Of a stretch of DNA of 64,000 nt, positions 13,701 through 28,700 are shown piece by piece. The position numbers were made by a program, and so were the translations under genes. A model generated the notes under the pieces. The model saw only the letters and a list, made by a program, of their open reading frames with translations, made no database searches and was not told where the DNA came from. Origin of the DNA: Botryllus schlosseri. Taxonomy: Eukaryota. Location: positions 4,528,001 through 4,592,000 of the forward strand of contig CM119372.1 in assembly GCA_051294905.1 (NCBI GenBank), in the 5' to 3' direction. Each line of letters starts with the position of its first letter. Within the stretch, counting starts at the first letter, position 1.

Positions 13701-16700
13701 CGCAAGACAATACCTTATAAGTATAACAGCTATACCGGCCATGCGCAAACCCGGGCCGAAAAATTACTTCGTCAGCGCACCCAAAAAAACGCTGATCTTG
13801 GGCCCCCACAGAGCGATAAGCCAAACATCCGGGGACTTCGCCCCCGGACCCTACAGTTGGGTAGATATTTTCACCTGTACTTGTGAGCACATTCATTCTT
13901 CTCAGTGTAAGCAGAGAATTTATGTAGCTTAATCGCGCCAATAGCGAAAATTTTCGATCATTCATGACTGAATCGATATTCTCGCTGCCGAATATTTGGC
14001 ACAACTTTCGGAATCCCATGTTAGCCTGAACTTCATTATGTGTTGGTACGTCGTGGCGCGGTAATGGCTGACGTCGAAATGCCTATTCATGTAAATCATG
14101 CGTATTTCTCGGAAAAAGGCACCTAAAAACAAGACATTTAGTGACACTAAATCGCGCAAAGCGCGTAAAGAAATTGAAAAATGTTGGAAAATATTTCAAA
14201 CATTACGCCATGATTTATGTTCATTTGCCAAATAATTCTGGGCCCTTTTCAAGCTCGGCCACTCTCCAATTGGGTGGTTTGGGGTGCCCCAGTTACGGTC
14301 CTGTACAAAATGAATGACTCGAAAACGAATGATCGCGCACCGCTGAGTCAGCTCGTATCTGTTCTGTACTTGTCGTCTTCAACATTGCATCTTGAAATTA
14401 AGGTATAAAATTGTAATATACCGGGCGGACCGGCAGGAATGTCGTCGCGGACCGGCACCGGTCTCCGGACCGGCGGATGAGAACCACTGTTTTAAAACAC
14501 CGTTAGTTTTAAATCCAACCCTAGTTTAATTGATACCGTGGTGCAAGTATGATGCAGGTTCTGTATGGTTTCGTGTACACGGGTATTCGTGTATCACGGG
14601 TGGTATACACCAGAGATGAGCGGATTTGAAATTTCTATGTCCTAATACAATCCAAATCCGAACCTTCAAATCCAAATCCAATTCCTAATCCATAACTTTT
14701 TCGTATTCAAGTCCATGTCCAATCCTAATCTGATTCCAACTGGAAATTCAGAAAAAATACTAATTTATGCAATGGAGGGATTCGAAAATTTTCTTTCACA
14801 ACCAACGATTCACTTGATTCAAGATAACTTAGTAACCATAAGTACATTAATAACTGATCTGAATAATGTTTGTCGCCATTCGCCACACGACATTTCAATC
14901 TCCCAGAAAATAAGGTAAATTCAATCCAAATCCTAATCCGTCCTGAAAAAAATGTCTAATCCAAATCCAATCCAAATCCGACAAAATTTCACAAATCCTG
15001 TTTTTTCAAAACCTAATCCTAATCCATGCTCATCTCTGGTATACACGGGTGTGTCTAATCTCAAGTTTCTGCTAAGTGGTTAAAAGCGCTAATACTCTAT
15101 AGAGAATTTAAGCGATTATGCCAATGCCATTCGTGTTCCAGTTTCCATCTACATTCCGCCATACTCATCTCATGGTTCTGCCTATTCGCGCTATGTGTCA
15201 AGCCAACTATAACTTACATCGTATTGTGATTGCACAGTATGCACACTTTAGTTGTCATCAGAGTTGGATCAATTACATTATTTCAGTTCAATTACAATTA
15301 CAATTATAATTACTTTCATGCATGTTTCAATTACATTACAATTACAATTACTCCATGCTAAAAATATCAAATTACAATTACAATTACAATTACTCCTTGC
15401 ATGCTTCAATTACATTACAATTACAATTACAATTGCTGCTGTTGAACATGTAATTGGTTAATCATAAATTCAACCGTGCTCCTTGACAACCGTAGCGTCG
15501 TATTTAACAACAATTCAAGTCTAGTTCAGATTGTGTAGTAATAAATGCGTTTATGTGCGTACATAGTATGCTATTTGAACAGCTTCTTTGAGGTACAGAA
15601 CTTCAATATACAATTGAATAGTATATTCATATTGAAATGAACCCGAATATTTTCGGCTGACACTCGTCAGGGGTAATCGTTTAGCAACTAGTAGAGAATT
15701 CGAAAGAACAGCGTATACCAACAATCGTAACACAAAATAGCCAGCACGAAATGTCGAATACGAGAGCGTTCAATGTACTATTTTTAGATGGTACACGAAC
15801 TCTTTTTGTTGACACAGCCTTGGCTGGTGTAGCACTTCTTTACGTGTTGCAGGGAGCAGTTGCGTTGTCGTGAAAATCACGTTGGTCTTCACTGTGTCGT
15901 AACACTTATTGACCGCTGAAATCAATTGCTTTTCAAAGCGGGTGGAAATAGGCCCTATCCAAGGTAGATGGATGTAAACATCTTTGGTTGTTCGTTCGGT
16001 GGGCTCTGTTGACTTTTCTGCATTGAAATGCGTTACTTTCCGCATTCGACATTTCGTGCTGGTGACGTCATATTTTGTGTTACGATTGTTGATATACGCT
16101 GTTCTTTCGAATTCTCTACTAGTTGCTGACGATTACCCCTGACGAGTGTCAGCCGAAAATATTCGGGTTCATTTCAATATGAATATACTATTCAATAGTA
16201 TGCTATGTAAGATGTCATTGTGACGTAATATAAGCGTGTTTTGTATGCTCGGTAATTATGACTCACGTAATTGGAAATGTAAAATGTTATTTACCTAATT
16301 TCCTATGGATTAGGATTAAGGATAGGGTGCAGTATGTCGTTGAAAAAAGTATTATAATATATGCACGTGTTGGATTTGCGTATATAGTATATAATTAACG
16401 AAATAATATTATTTTTATCGAGGGACGTAGGAATTAGGATGAGGAGTAAAAACAGAGATAAGACGTTGTATAATATCCAGTGGTCTGGTTAGTTAGCCAG
16501 ACGAAGTAACGATGCAGCATCGTGATCTGAAATCGTATTGTAGATTGCCAACCCACGGATAGATGCGCAAGATGTGAGTCACGGATGAATACACCGACAA
16601 ACGTACTGCAGAGCCGGCTAAAAGCAGCAAACTTTGTAGTCCTAGAGCTGGCGATCCAAGCATCCAAATTTGATGCATCTGGTCTTTATCGTAAGCTATT

Positions 16701-19700
16701 GATGCACTAATTCCGAAAATACAAATTAAAATCTCGTCAGGGCAATGTAACTGCTCCAAAATAGCCGTTTAAGGCCGGCTGTTCTGAAAAGTGAGAGCGC
16801 CGCAGCAGCATGACCACAACAATGACCAATTACGCCCAGCGATTGTTCGGAACAATGCCGATTCCCAGACTTTCACGACTATTTTGGGATGGTACCATTG
16901 CCTGGAAATATACTTTTATTGCGGAATCAGTGCGACACTAGCTTTCGATTAGGACCATACATATCAAATTTCGACGCTTGGATCGCCAGCTATGGGACTA
17001 TCAATTCTGCTGCTTTTAGCCGGCTCAGCAGTTCGCTTCTCGGCGTATTCAATCGTGAGTCATGTGTTGCGAATCCATCCGTTCGTTAGTAATCTAAAAA
17101 TTGTATACAATGGCAGCCGAGGCCAGCATAGCGGTAAAAATAAAAAACTTCGCCCGCAAGGGCGCAGTCAAGGGCTTCCGCGAATGGATCCACCAAATTC
17201 CTTGTCGACATTTAAAGAGAATGCATTATAAAGTCAATTATTTTATGTTGTGCTTGTCAGGTCTCAATAGCAATTTAATGTAATTGAAATTGTAATTGAG
17301 CAAAATTTTTGTCAAATTACAATTACAATTACAATTACACAAAATAAAAATGCTTCAATTACAATTACATTACAATTACATTGAAAAATGTAATGAATTA
17401 CATTCAGCTCAATTACAAACTACAATTGATCCAACTCTGGTTGTCATTGCAAAAGTATGGTTAAAATTCTGTTAGGCTTTGTGTTACGGCGTTAGCTATG
17501 GATACGGGATTGTTTACAGATCTACAGAACCGGAGTGCATCTTTCTTGGCGTGTCGCGTCTCAAGGCATAGGCATAATATATTGTATATGTGTAATGTAA
17601 AAGCATATTCAGCAAGGCGCTGTTTTATATGCGTGGGTGTCGAAATCATGCTGGTTATACTTCCATATCCGATTGTGACTCAAAGTGTTTGAAGTCGCAT
17701 TGCCCTCTGAATATGACGCTGTCTCAGTGTAAAGTGTGAATAAATGATTGACAGCAGACATTTTCTACAGACGGCCACCGTATTATAACTCCAGCTAAAG
17801 GATATCATGAGTTTTACCATTCGACTATGTCTCTGTGGTTTCAGAGTCAATCGTCATCAGCCTTTATCAGACTTGGACGACTTTATGATTCTTGTTGTCT
17901 AATTGGTCCCATTACCGCAAAAAATTTGGAATAAACCGTGTAGCTATAATTCAAATTATATATGTATTTTGAAAAACGGTGTTGCTATAAGGGTAATCAT
18001 AAATTAATGTGCAATAGCTGAAAATTTTCTGTATGTCAAAGTCTGCCCTTCACTGCTTGTTATTAACCCGTTGCGAAATTTCCGGCTCACATTACTTCAC
18101 TGTTGCAAGTTATCGCGGCAGTCCCGCGGAGCAGCAATTTTCGGTAGTTTTCAGCCCATATCAGCCGAGCATTGTGTATCGATTGTTGATGTACAACGTT
18201 CTTTCCAATCCTTTACTAGTCGCTGACGATCACCCCTGACGAGTGTCAGCCGAAAATATTCGGGTTTATTTCAATATTAATATACTATTCAATTGTAATT
18301 GCAATTTTACTGTGAATAAAGAATATAATAATATTCAGAGCGCGGCGACCCCTTAACTGACAAACTCAGTAGTCTATTTGAAGACATTAGCAACACATTT
18401 TTTTGCAATGCCATCAAGTGTGAACGCTCCTTCAGCCAGTTTCCTTATGATTTACAGCCATTTTATAACACGCGACAACTAAATTTTTAGCGCGGTCAAG
18501 TTGAAGCGAACAGACGATCGCCGATCTAGAGCGTTGAACAGGCGCAAATTGAACTACGAAAATCTCTTCTCCGAGTCAGACCAGCTCCAAAAGCCGACCA
18601 CGCCGATGGAAAAACTGGAGCGGCTGTACAAAGATATTGACGACCGTCGACAGGTAAGGGATGAGTAAAATAGTCTGTATAATATATGCGGGACTGTTCA
18701 GGGTTCACATGTCACATTACGCTATCTTCTTCATATACGGATTGCAAAATTTTATTTTGTGGTTCTCATAGTCAGATTAAATCTGTCCGATGAATCCACC
18801 AAGAAAATCAAGCTACAATAAGGCGAATGACATGTCTAGATATATGAAATTTTCGGATGGTGCTATCTGAAAGCATTGTAATGGTGAATGTGTGGGATGA
18901 AATGATATAGGCCTGTTTATGGAGCTCGGTGAATGCATGCGACAGCGGGTTGTACAAACACCTATCATTCGTTTGCATCAGAAAAACCAATAAACACAGG
19001 CAAGTTTTCCTGGTTTACACCCCGAAACAGAAATTGCTGCTATGGGTCGGGGGTTATTTGTCCTTCTGTGTGTGACGCAAGGAGTGATAGACAAAGTTTT
19101 TACAATTCAGCATCTTTTCGGAGCATACGACGAGAAACTGACATCCACGCGTTCACGACCTAGGACTTATTACGTTGACGGGGGCGATAAGATTCCGGGC
19201 ACTCCGGCTGGGCCGAATCTCGTGAAATTCGCCTTGAAACACACGGGACACTCGGCCAGCGCAGCTGTGACACAACATCGAAATTCAATTCATGACAGCG
19301 CCGACACGCCGCACGACCTCTTTTATCGGTATGTATTGACACGATACGCAACATACACGCAGAATATATCAACTGTACTCTATTGAAACAGCGGAAACAC
19401 GTGGGACCAGTCGGAAGAGGATTTCACGCGCAGATTATCAGAAAAGCATTTGGATTTGTCGTCGTCCGTCGAAAGTATGAGACTAAGCCGGTATGAAAAT
19501 ACTTTGACAACTATAAGATTTTCAGCTTTTACTACTTGAATAAGTATTAGGATTATAGCTACGCAGTTTTTCTTCCAAATTAGGTTATAATAAGAATTGC
19601 GCGCCATGTATGTATTGTACCGCTGAGAATGAGCGAGGTTTGTGCATATTTGTATGATACAAATTCTCTGTTTATAGAAATGGTGCACCAAACCTGTGAT

Positions 19701-22700
19701 GTGTAAAGGGCCACTGTCTCGATCTTACTAATAATAATAATATCAACCCTTCGACAAAAAATTGGTACGATTACAGTCCAGCACCAGTGACGGAAAACGA
19801 CCGAGTAAAATCTTGTGGGATGTACCGGTCATAACTGACCGCCAAATCAGGAGCAATCGCCCGGATATCATGATCTAGGGTTACCATACGTCCTCCTTTA
19901 GAAGGATGTGTTCTCCATTTTCCGTTTTTTGAAAATGTCCTCCTACGGCTTTTAGAGGTAAGATAGTGAACAGATCCGAGTGAAAATGGGCATAAATGAC
20001 GCTAAATAGGAAATTCGTGGTTCGAACGAAAGTGACGACCTTTTTTTAGTCAACCAACGTAAAGTGTGAACGAGAAACTGTATTTCGGGAGTTGAGCCGG
20101 AAAGTTGACCTTTTCTAGTCAACCAACCGCAAAGTCGGGAAAAATCGACCCTTTTTTCCGAATTTTACTCCGCAATTCTCAGTCTGAAAATTTTGAAAAA
20201 GTGTCTTCCTTTCCCGATTCCAAAATATGGTAACCCTATCATGATCAAACTAATAAAGAAACGAAAATGCTTTTACGTTGATACTGTCGACATAACATGG
20301 CCAGGGAATCGGAAGATCAATCAAAATACGCAATGTGGGAAAATGTGGCGATGCAAAATACACATTTGAAGAGTGTATTCATATTGATATGAACCCGAAT
20401 ATTTTCGGCTGACACTCGTCAGGATAAATCGTCAGCAACTATAGTAGAGATTTGGAAAGAATATACTATTCAATTGTATATTGAAGTTATGTACCAAGAC
20501 GTACTTCTACTTGAGTATAAAGTTAAGGCGCAATACTCCAACTCCTACTTGAGTATCGACGATGACTGCTTACGCCAACTCTCGCCTTCATTACCCCCAC
20601 AACCTACGTTCTGCTGAAATCACGATCTCTGAAGGAATTTATTGTCGAAATCCAGGAAAGCGCAGCGGGGAGGGGCCGGTCCGTCACGCGTGGAAGAGCT
20701 CAGCGCGTCGCCAAACATGAAACGACGCAAGTCGAGTCCGAAAGTGAAACCGAAGAAGCACAGCGCAGCGGCAGTGGTGAATATCAACGCACGCTAGATA
20801 ACTAGCCTTACACTGTAAATCCATGGGTGGAAAATAGGTGGAAATATTGGATTTCCACTTTAGCGTGGGGTGTCAATCAGATGAACGGCACTTTCAGGTG
20901 CCAAGTTTTGCTTTCACGCCCATTCAAACGGGGTAAATGAGTCGAATACACCAATTCTTATGTTTAAAAAATATTTTTCAAATTTTTGCAGCTATTTGAT
21001 ATCAATGTTAGGTTGGCTAAAAAACGTTGCACGACAAATATAGCTCAGTTCCAACTACTAGATGTGGAACTATATGACAGGAATTCCCAAAGTATGAACA
21101 TGAGTCGCGAAGGGTGTAAATTTGGGTCTCGAATGCACCAGAGCGATATATTATACGTATGTAATATCTGTTGAAGTTATTGCAACGAAAAAGTTTCCAC
21201 GCGCTTCGCATATTGATATATGTCCGGTCACCGAGATGGTCGGCACCGAATAGTCCCATCGTTGCAATCTGAGCATACAGTATCACAAACGCGACCCCAG
21301 AGGAAAATATTGGTTGTAACCAAGTCACAAGGCTCCGAGTCACAAGTCAATCAAGTTGGAGTTTTGACTCGAGTCAAGTCGAGTCGTTTTCAATTCACCT
21401 CCGAGTCAAGTCCGAGTCCAAGTCAGCGAGCAGAGGGTCGAGTCCGAGTCATGGTATTATGTCTCGAGACCGAGTCCATGTCATCGTGCTGACCACTCAG
21501 TTTCCAGGTAAAGTATTGTTTAACCCACTTTTTATATCGAATGGTTCGCATTTATAATATACTAATTTTCCTCACTTCCAGCAGTTTTCGGTCGCGTTTT
21601 CAAGTATCAGTACCAATAGACGAAATCCCAATAGCTTGGTTACTCTACTATTCTTCGAAATCACAATGAAATGTCGGTCTTAGTCGTCTGAGTCTGGAGT
21701 CATATGACTTGGTTCGAGTCATGCGCAATGACTCGAGTCCAAGTGGTGTCAATGCACAGATTGACTCGAGTCGAGTCATTTCCTTATTTTGAGAAAATGA
21801 TCGTGACTCGAGTCGGACTTGAGTCATTACAACCCTGGAAAATAATGCACCCTGATCCTAAATTGTGTGCGTCAGACATGTTTCGCAGAGCCACGTTGCG
21901 TATAACTGTTGTCTGTCGTTTGACTTTATAATCAAGGCGACAAAAGTGACCTTCAGTCTCGCGGGAGCGCCTTCCGCCGCACCGCCGCCCATCAAGCCTG
22001 CGAGGGGCTCCGATTCTGCGCGAGAAAGGAGACACGCTCGTGCCGAAAAGACGAAAAAACGTACGCATCACCGTTCGGAGAACAAGACGACTCTGCCGGA
22101 TATTACGCAGTGAGTACGTTTTCGTCTAGCTGTAGTTTCTAGAATGTAGTTCTAACTACGAGCGAGAAAGGGGGGTTAGGCCGATGATCTGATTATGATC
22201 TAATTTGTGAAAGGTTTCTCTGTTCAAATTATAATTATAATTATAATCTAATTTATGAAATGTTTCTGTGATCTCATTAATCTTAATGTAATTTCTGGTC
22301 TTCCTGTAAATGCTACATAAGAGCCGTATAGTGCGAAACGAGCCAAGCGTGCTGTACAGACATTTCCCATCTTCATGCTTATGAAAATGATCTCTGGTTT
22401 GATGTGAACTGAACTGAATTTGATTAAATTTCCATGTTTACGCGAATTCAGTAATTATAATTATATTCTAATGTGAGAAACCTGTGTTGCAATCATTCTG
22501 ACTCTAATGTAATTTGAAAGAAAAAGTGGTAATCTATAATTCTAATTTGACTTGGAAAAAATATGTATCTATAATTCTAATTCTAATCTTAATTTGGAAA
22601 AAAATTGTATCTATAATGCTAGTTCTTATCAAATTTGATTTTAATCTCATTTGAAAATAATTGTGTATCTATAATGCTAATTCTAATCTAAGTTGGGAAA

Positions 22701-25700
22701 AACCTGTGTAGCTATGATGAAAATTGTTGTCTGATTTGGAAAAAGAATTGTGTCTATAATTCTAATCCTAATCTAATTGGAAAAATGTGTGTCTATTATT
22801 CTGATTCTTATCAAATTTGTAAACTGCTGGGTATCTGTAATTCTAATTTTGATCAAATTTGGAAACAGCTGTGAATCCATAATGCTGATTTTAATCTGAT
22901 CTGAAAATAATTGTGTATCTGTAATGCTAATTCTAATCCGATTTGGAAAAAAAACTGTGTAGCTGTGATGCAAATCCTGGTCTAATTTTGGGGAAAATGT
23001 GTATCGATAATACAAATTCTAATCTAATTTGGAAAAATGTGTGTCTATTATTCTGATTCTAATCAAATTTAGAAACTGCTGCGTATATGTAATTCTAATT
23101 TTAATCAAATTTGGAAACAGCTGTGAATCCGTAATGGTGATTTTAATATCATCTGAAAATAATTGTGTATCTATAATGCTAGTTCTAATCCGATTGGCAA
23201 AAAAACTAAGTAGCTATGATGCAAATCCTCGTCTAATTTGTGGGAAAATGTGTATCGATAATACTAATTCCAATCTAATTTGGAAAGAAATTTGTGTCTA
23301 TAATTCTATTTCTAATCAAATTTAGAAACTGCCGTGTATCTGTAATTCTAATTCTAATCAAATTTGAAAACAGCTGCTCAGTGCGCATCCATAGTGCTAA
23401 TTTTAGTCGAATTTGAAAAAAATTGTCTATCTATGATGCCAATTCTAATCTAATATGGAAAAAAAACTAACTATACAATTCAAACTCTGGTCAAATTTGA
23501 AAGAAAAACTGCGTATCTATAATTCTAATTCTAGTCTAATTATGAAAAACTTTGTATTTCTAATTCCAGTCCGATTACACACTAAATTCAAGGCGTGTTG
23601 GTAGACATCACATTTCAACATATTTTATGTGTTGTCAAATATTGTGTGTATAAATGAACAATGTGGTATCTACCTCAACACATATAATTCAGAATTGAAC
23701 ACCACATTATGCATTGGAAACATAATATTGAAGAACACAGAAATATGTTGAAATGTGGTGACTAACTGCACCCCTTGAATTTAGAGTGTACGAAAAGCTG
23801 AGAATTTTCTAGTTGCCAAACCCCGTGTCCGGCCCTAGTGTTAAGACGTGATTGAACGGGGAATTAAGGCGTCAGTTTCAACACAGACACAAGTCATTGG
23901 TGGCCTTAGAGGAATACACCGTCGAAAAAGACAACGCGTACCGACAAAGCTCCGAACACGCCCGTATGATTCTGGCTCTACAGTCGGACAAGTGCGCCTC
24001 CGAGCCGTTCCGGACGTATCTGTTCTCGAGCGATAACGGCGACGTCGTGTCGTACCTCAACTTCTGGCTGGACGTGGAGAAGTGCAGACACGACTTTCAG
24101 TACGGGATGATGAGCTTCGACAGCTTTCTACAATGCGTGAGTGTCGGGGCGGGATTGCAGACGTGTATTCTAACCTAGGGTTACCATACGTCCTCCACAG
24201 ACATTGGCCATTCTCGTTCTGATTTGATACGTACCAAACTTGATTTTTTGTAATATTTCTTCCTAATTTTCCGATTCAGTAATTCTAATTTTAACTTTAT
24301 CTTGAAAAAAAACTTTTAATTATAATTATTATTTTAGTCTTATTTGGAAAAAACTATTTAGCTTATAATTCTAATTTTAAACTAATTTGGAAAAAAGGCT
24401 GTGTTGCTATAATTCTGATTTTGATCTAATTAAAAACATTGTGCAGCTATAACTCTAATGTGGGAAATTGTGCAGCTATAATTTTAATTTAATCTAATTT
24501 GGGAAAATGCGTAGTTATAATTCTAATTCATCCAATTCGGGAAAATGTAAAGTGACAATTCTGATTTAATCTAATCTGAAAAAAAACTGTAGCTATAATT
24601 CTAATTTTGATCTAAATAAAAACATTGTGCAGCTATAATTCTAATTTAATCTAATGTGGGAAATTGTGCAGCTATAATTTTAATTTAATCTAATTTGAGA
24701 AAATGTGTAGTTATAATTCTAATTTAATCCAATTCGGGAAAATGTAAAGTGACAATTCTGATTTTAATCTAATCTGAAGAAAAAATTGTAGCTATAATTC
24801 TAATTTTAATCTGACTTGGAAAAAAGCTGTGTAGTATAATTCTAAATCTACTCTGATATGGAAAAAACCTGCATATAGAACTAATTCTAATACGGTACTA
24901 ATCTAATTTAGGAAAATCTGACAATTTTCCAGTTATCCAAATAAGGTCGACACTGTTCTTGTAGATCCCTAACATTCGATCGCGCTGGAAGTTCCAGGCT
25001 CATCCTCACCATCTCATCCGCGTAAGCGGTGTCCTAAAAAAAGCCTAGAAGTAGGCTGTGCTATAAGTCGGCAGTTATGGAATCAAAAATATGGAATATC
25101 GGTCTGGTATAAATGACCGTTGTAGTCGACAATCACCATGAATACCACAAACAACAACGCTCGAAATTCAGATGCACGAAATCGTGTTGATCTACCTCGT
25201 CCCGTCCTCGCCCAATCACATCGACACGCCGGAGCGACTGCGTGAGCAAGCCATAATGTGCTGCGCTGCTCCGGAATTCAGGGAGATGCCCTGGCAAATG
25301 AGAGAGCTCCAAAAGGAGGCGATGGAAGAATTGAAAACCGTTTATCAGGACTTCAGGGAGCAGGAATTTATGTCGTTTGTTACAGCTGCGGTAAGTGGAG
25401 AGTATCTGTCAGCTTCTCGTAAACCAGCGAAAAGGCTTTGCGACAGTCGCCGAAGGCTTACAGATTAGCGTAAGGGTTCGCCAGGTCAGAGAATGTTAAG
25501 AACCAATGCTTATAGCCTACATAGAATATGAATATACAACCTAACGCTTACACAAAGCCTGATATGCCCTGATATCTTTGATCTGTTTCCGTTAGGCCAT
25601 CAGGAGAAAAGAGAGGCCGCGCCGTAAACCGAGAGGGACCGCACTATTTCCGTCATTGGTAGGCGACGATTCACGCGTCCGTATCACCAGACACGATCCC

Positions 25701-28700
25701 GATCCGGGACTGGACAGAGTCTCCAAGCAATTGTGCGCGCGAATGACCAGGGCTCTTGAATATGTGATTGAGAGCAGCCTTCCAGGTGATACGCTACGCA
25801 GTATGCGAGTATATATATGCTTTGGAATCACTGGCTGCCAGTGAACCCGGCATACAGCGTTGGTACTGCTGTAGAAGTAGAAGAAACGCCGCAAATCTCT
25901 ACGGAATTAGGATTAGAAGTACCGATTTCTAAGATATATCACAACTACTACAAATGGAAGCTTCTCCAATTTGCTTCTAAAACGAATTAAGTCAATATTG
26001 ACTAATTTGGGATCACGAATAACAACTTGAAATTCGTGGATTGGCTCTAGTTTTGGAGATATGGAACCATATGCCTCCACGTGCCAAAATTCAATAAAAT
26101 ATAAATTAAATACAAATTAAATATTATGACGAGCACTTGATTTAAGGAGTTCATAATGGGTCAAATCTGTCGTGGTTTATTCTGAGATCGTTTGAAAAAT
26201 GTCTGTCTACGTCTGACTAATGCGAAACGACAGATGGATGTACAAATAGGTGCAATTTTAGAATATTTATTCACTTTCTGTCATGTAGCGGTTATTTCAT
26301 GCGGTTTTATGACGATATCGGTGATAAAAGTGATCATAATGTGTTTGTTTGGCTGTTTTCAGATGGTAGAGAGTCAGTGTGTACCATTCGTAGCGAAATC
26401 GAAAGTGACAACGACGGAAATGTCGAAGTACCCAGTACTCCGGTTGATATCGTGGGTGAGAGGCGTTATTACGAGATATGTTATCCTCCCATTTCACGCT
26501 ACAGGTTTGGTGCGATTATGTTCACAATGAGATTAGTATTTTCACACAATGAGGACAGTCGTTATGTTCCAGTAATGTCAGTCCACAGATTAGGGTTATA
26601 GTGCCATTAGGGTTGGCGGTTAAGGTCACTATGGTTGTGGCAACAGCCATCGGGTTGGGGTTAGGGTTATAATGATAGAGGGCTGACCTTAGTGTTAGCC
26701 TAATCACAAAAACTCTCCGCATTTTAAGCCAATGCATGTTGCATATACGCGCGAAAACATATATATAATAGGGGTGTTAAAAAATGACTTTTTTCTCAAA
26801 TTCTACTGGCTACTTGATAAAATTGTTAGGTTGCCTAAGCGAAGCCTGCGCACCAAATTTGGTTCAATTCCAACCAGTAGCCGCATTGCTACAGGAGAGG
26901 AAATTTTTTAATTCATTGTATAAAAAAGAATAAAGAAAGCTCAATTCCAACCAGCTGAAGCCGAGCTATTGATGTTAAAAATTTGGATTTGAGTAAAATA
27001 GTATTTACGCTGGGCACAATTAAAATAAATAATTAAAGAATTGGTCACCGTGAATACTATTTTATTCAAATCCAAAATCTTTCGAAGGCAATAACACCGC
27101 TGCCACTGGTTGGAATTAAGCCAAATTTGGTGAACATCGTTTCTATAGACAACCGAACAATTTCATGGAGTGAACAGAAAATTTTGAAATTCATTTTTAT
27201 AATAAATAAAAAACTTTCTTCTCCTGTAGCAATGCGGCTACTGGTTGGAATTGAACCAAATTTGGTGTGCAGGCTTCTATTAGGTAACCTACCAATTTTA
27301 TCAAGTAGCCAGTAGAATTTGTGAAAAAAGTCATTTTTGAACACCCCTAATATATAAGCGCATTATTATTGCAAATATGGCCACCATCAACACTTCTCCG
27401 AATAATGAAAGAAAAGTTGAGATGATGTTCCCCTTAATCTAACATCTCAAGTCCACAGTACCGCAACGTCCTTCGTATTTTATGTAGGCCTACTAATTGA
27501 AATCGCGGTATGATGGAGCAAGTTGAATTGCGTTTGCACATCGCGTAAACGTGCCTTAAAGGGGCTAAGCTAATACCCTTCGAATTGGAAAATCAGTTAT
27601 ACACCTATATCTTTAATACTAGGTAAGCAATATCTCTGAAATTTGCATACAATGTGCTTCAGTAGATATTCTTACGTTGGTTAAAATTTGGTGTGAAATG
27701 GCCCACTATTTTTTGACATTTTCCGTTTTTCCGTGATTTTTGAAAGAAAGTCTGGCAAAAGTTCTTGTGGCAAAATTTTTCGGTGAAATTTTTTCACGTT
27801 GCCTATTATAGATTCCAATTACTCTAAATAAGACAGTAAAAAGGTACGTATGGAATTCATTCGGCCCATTCTGCATCATCAATTGTTGAGATGATAAATG
27901 CATTGAAGGCCGCTGTTTTGTTCACTCAGAGCGCCCTACCGATTACAAAGAGCTGGCGTCTCAGTCCGCCAGACAGTATCCGGGACAGAAGAGCAACCTG
28001 GCGACGTACATCATGCCCGTTAAGAAATCGAAACGCCAACCGCAAGCGGTGCCTCACGAAACTCCGAAGAAAGTGCGGCCGGCTATAGAACGGCCTGTGT
28101 ACCGTCCCAAGTGAGAAACATGTCATGTGCATGGCGATTTTTTTGACATGTCAAAAAGAAGTCAAAATTTTGTCAAAATTGTAGCGTTAGGTCAAAAAAT
28201 GTCAAAATTGTTTATAAAGTCAAACATTTTTTGCAACCTGCACGCCGTTCCAATCGTAGATATTGCACTGTCGGTTAACTTATCATTTCACATTTTACAA
28301 CTTGTAGCCTTCTTTATAGGCCTAACGTTGCAGACGACCCATTGTCTGCTCATTGTAAATCATAAACATTCAAATGAAACAAATAGGTTGACATATGGTG
28401 TTATGCTCAACGTACCGCAATATCCTAACTGAGGCAAGACTGCGAGGGCATTGCATGGTTCTTATATCAAGAAGTGCATGGTGAAAATTGTGATGTAGAC
28501 GCCATTGAAAGAATGAAGCAACACGCGGTGTACGCACAACTCTAGTGTTGTCAGCCAATAACTGCTGCTGTTGAACGTTCTTTCCCCATTCTTGGCAAGT
28601 TACTTAGTAAGGACAAACACTTTTTACCCGACAATGTAGGAATGTGTCTATCGTTGTACTACAACAAATTTCAATTATTTCTACCACAATACGTGATGTA

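Larger units (their letters stand above)
15575..16194 (-). mobile_element. Internally deleted Penelope-like element with inverted terminal repeats
   Basis: High similarity to 10470-11180, but the GIY-YIG core is deleted at ~15833. Inverted repeats at 15575-15760 and 16044-16194; flanking direct repeat ATAGTATGCTAT. Confidence 0.85.
15259..17439. mobile_element. hAT-type non-autonomous element with (CAATTA)n subterminal arrays, carrying nested inserts
   Basis: TIR cagagttggatcaatt/aattgatccaactctg; 8-bp TSD GTTGTCAT. Confidence 0.88.

Noticed and set aside
13578..14019. Three overlapping 100-138-aa ORFs
   Set aside because: They lie inside a non-autonomous element and have no recognisable motifs.
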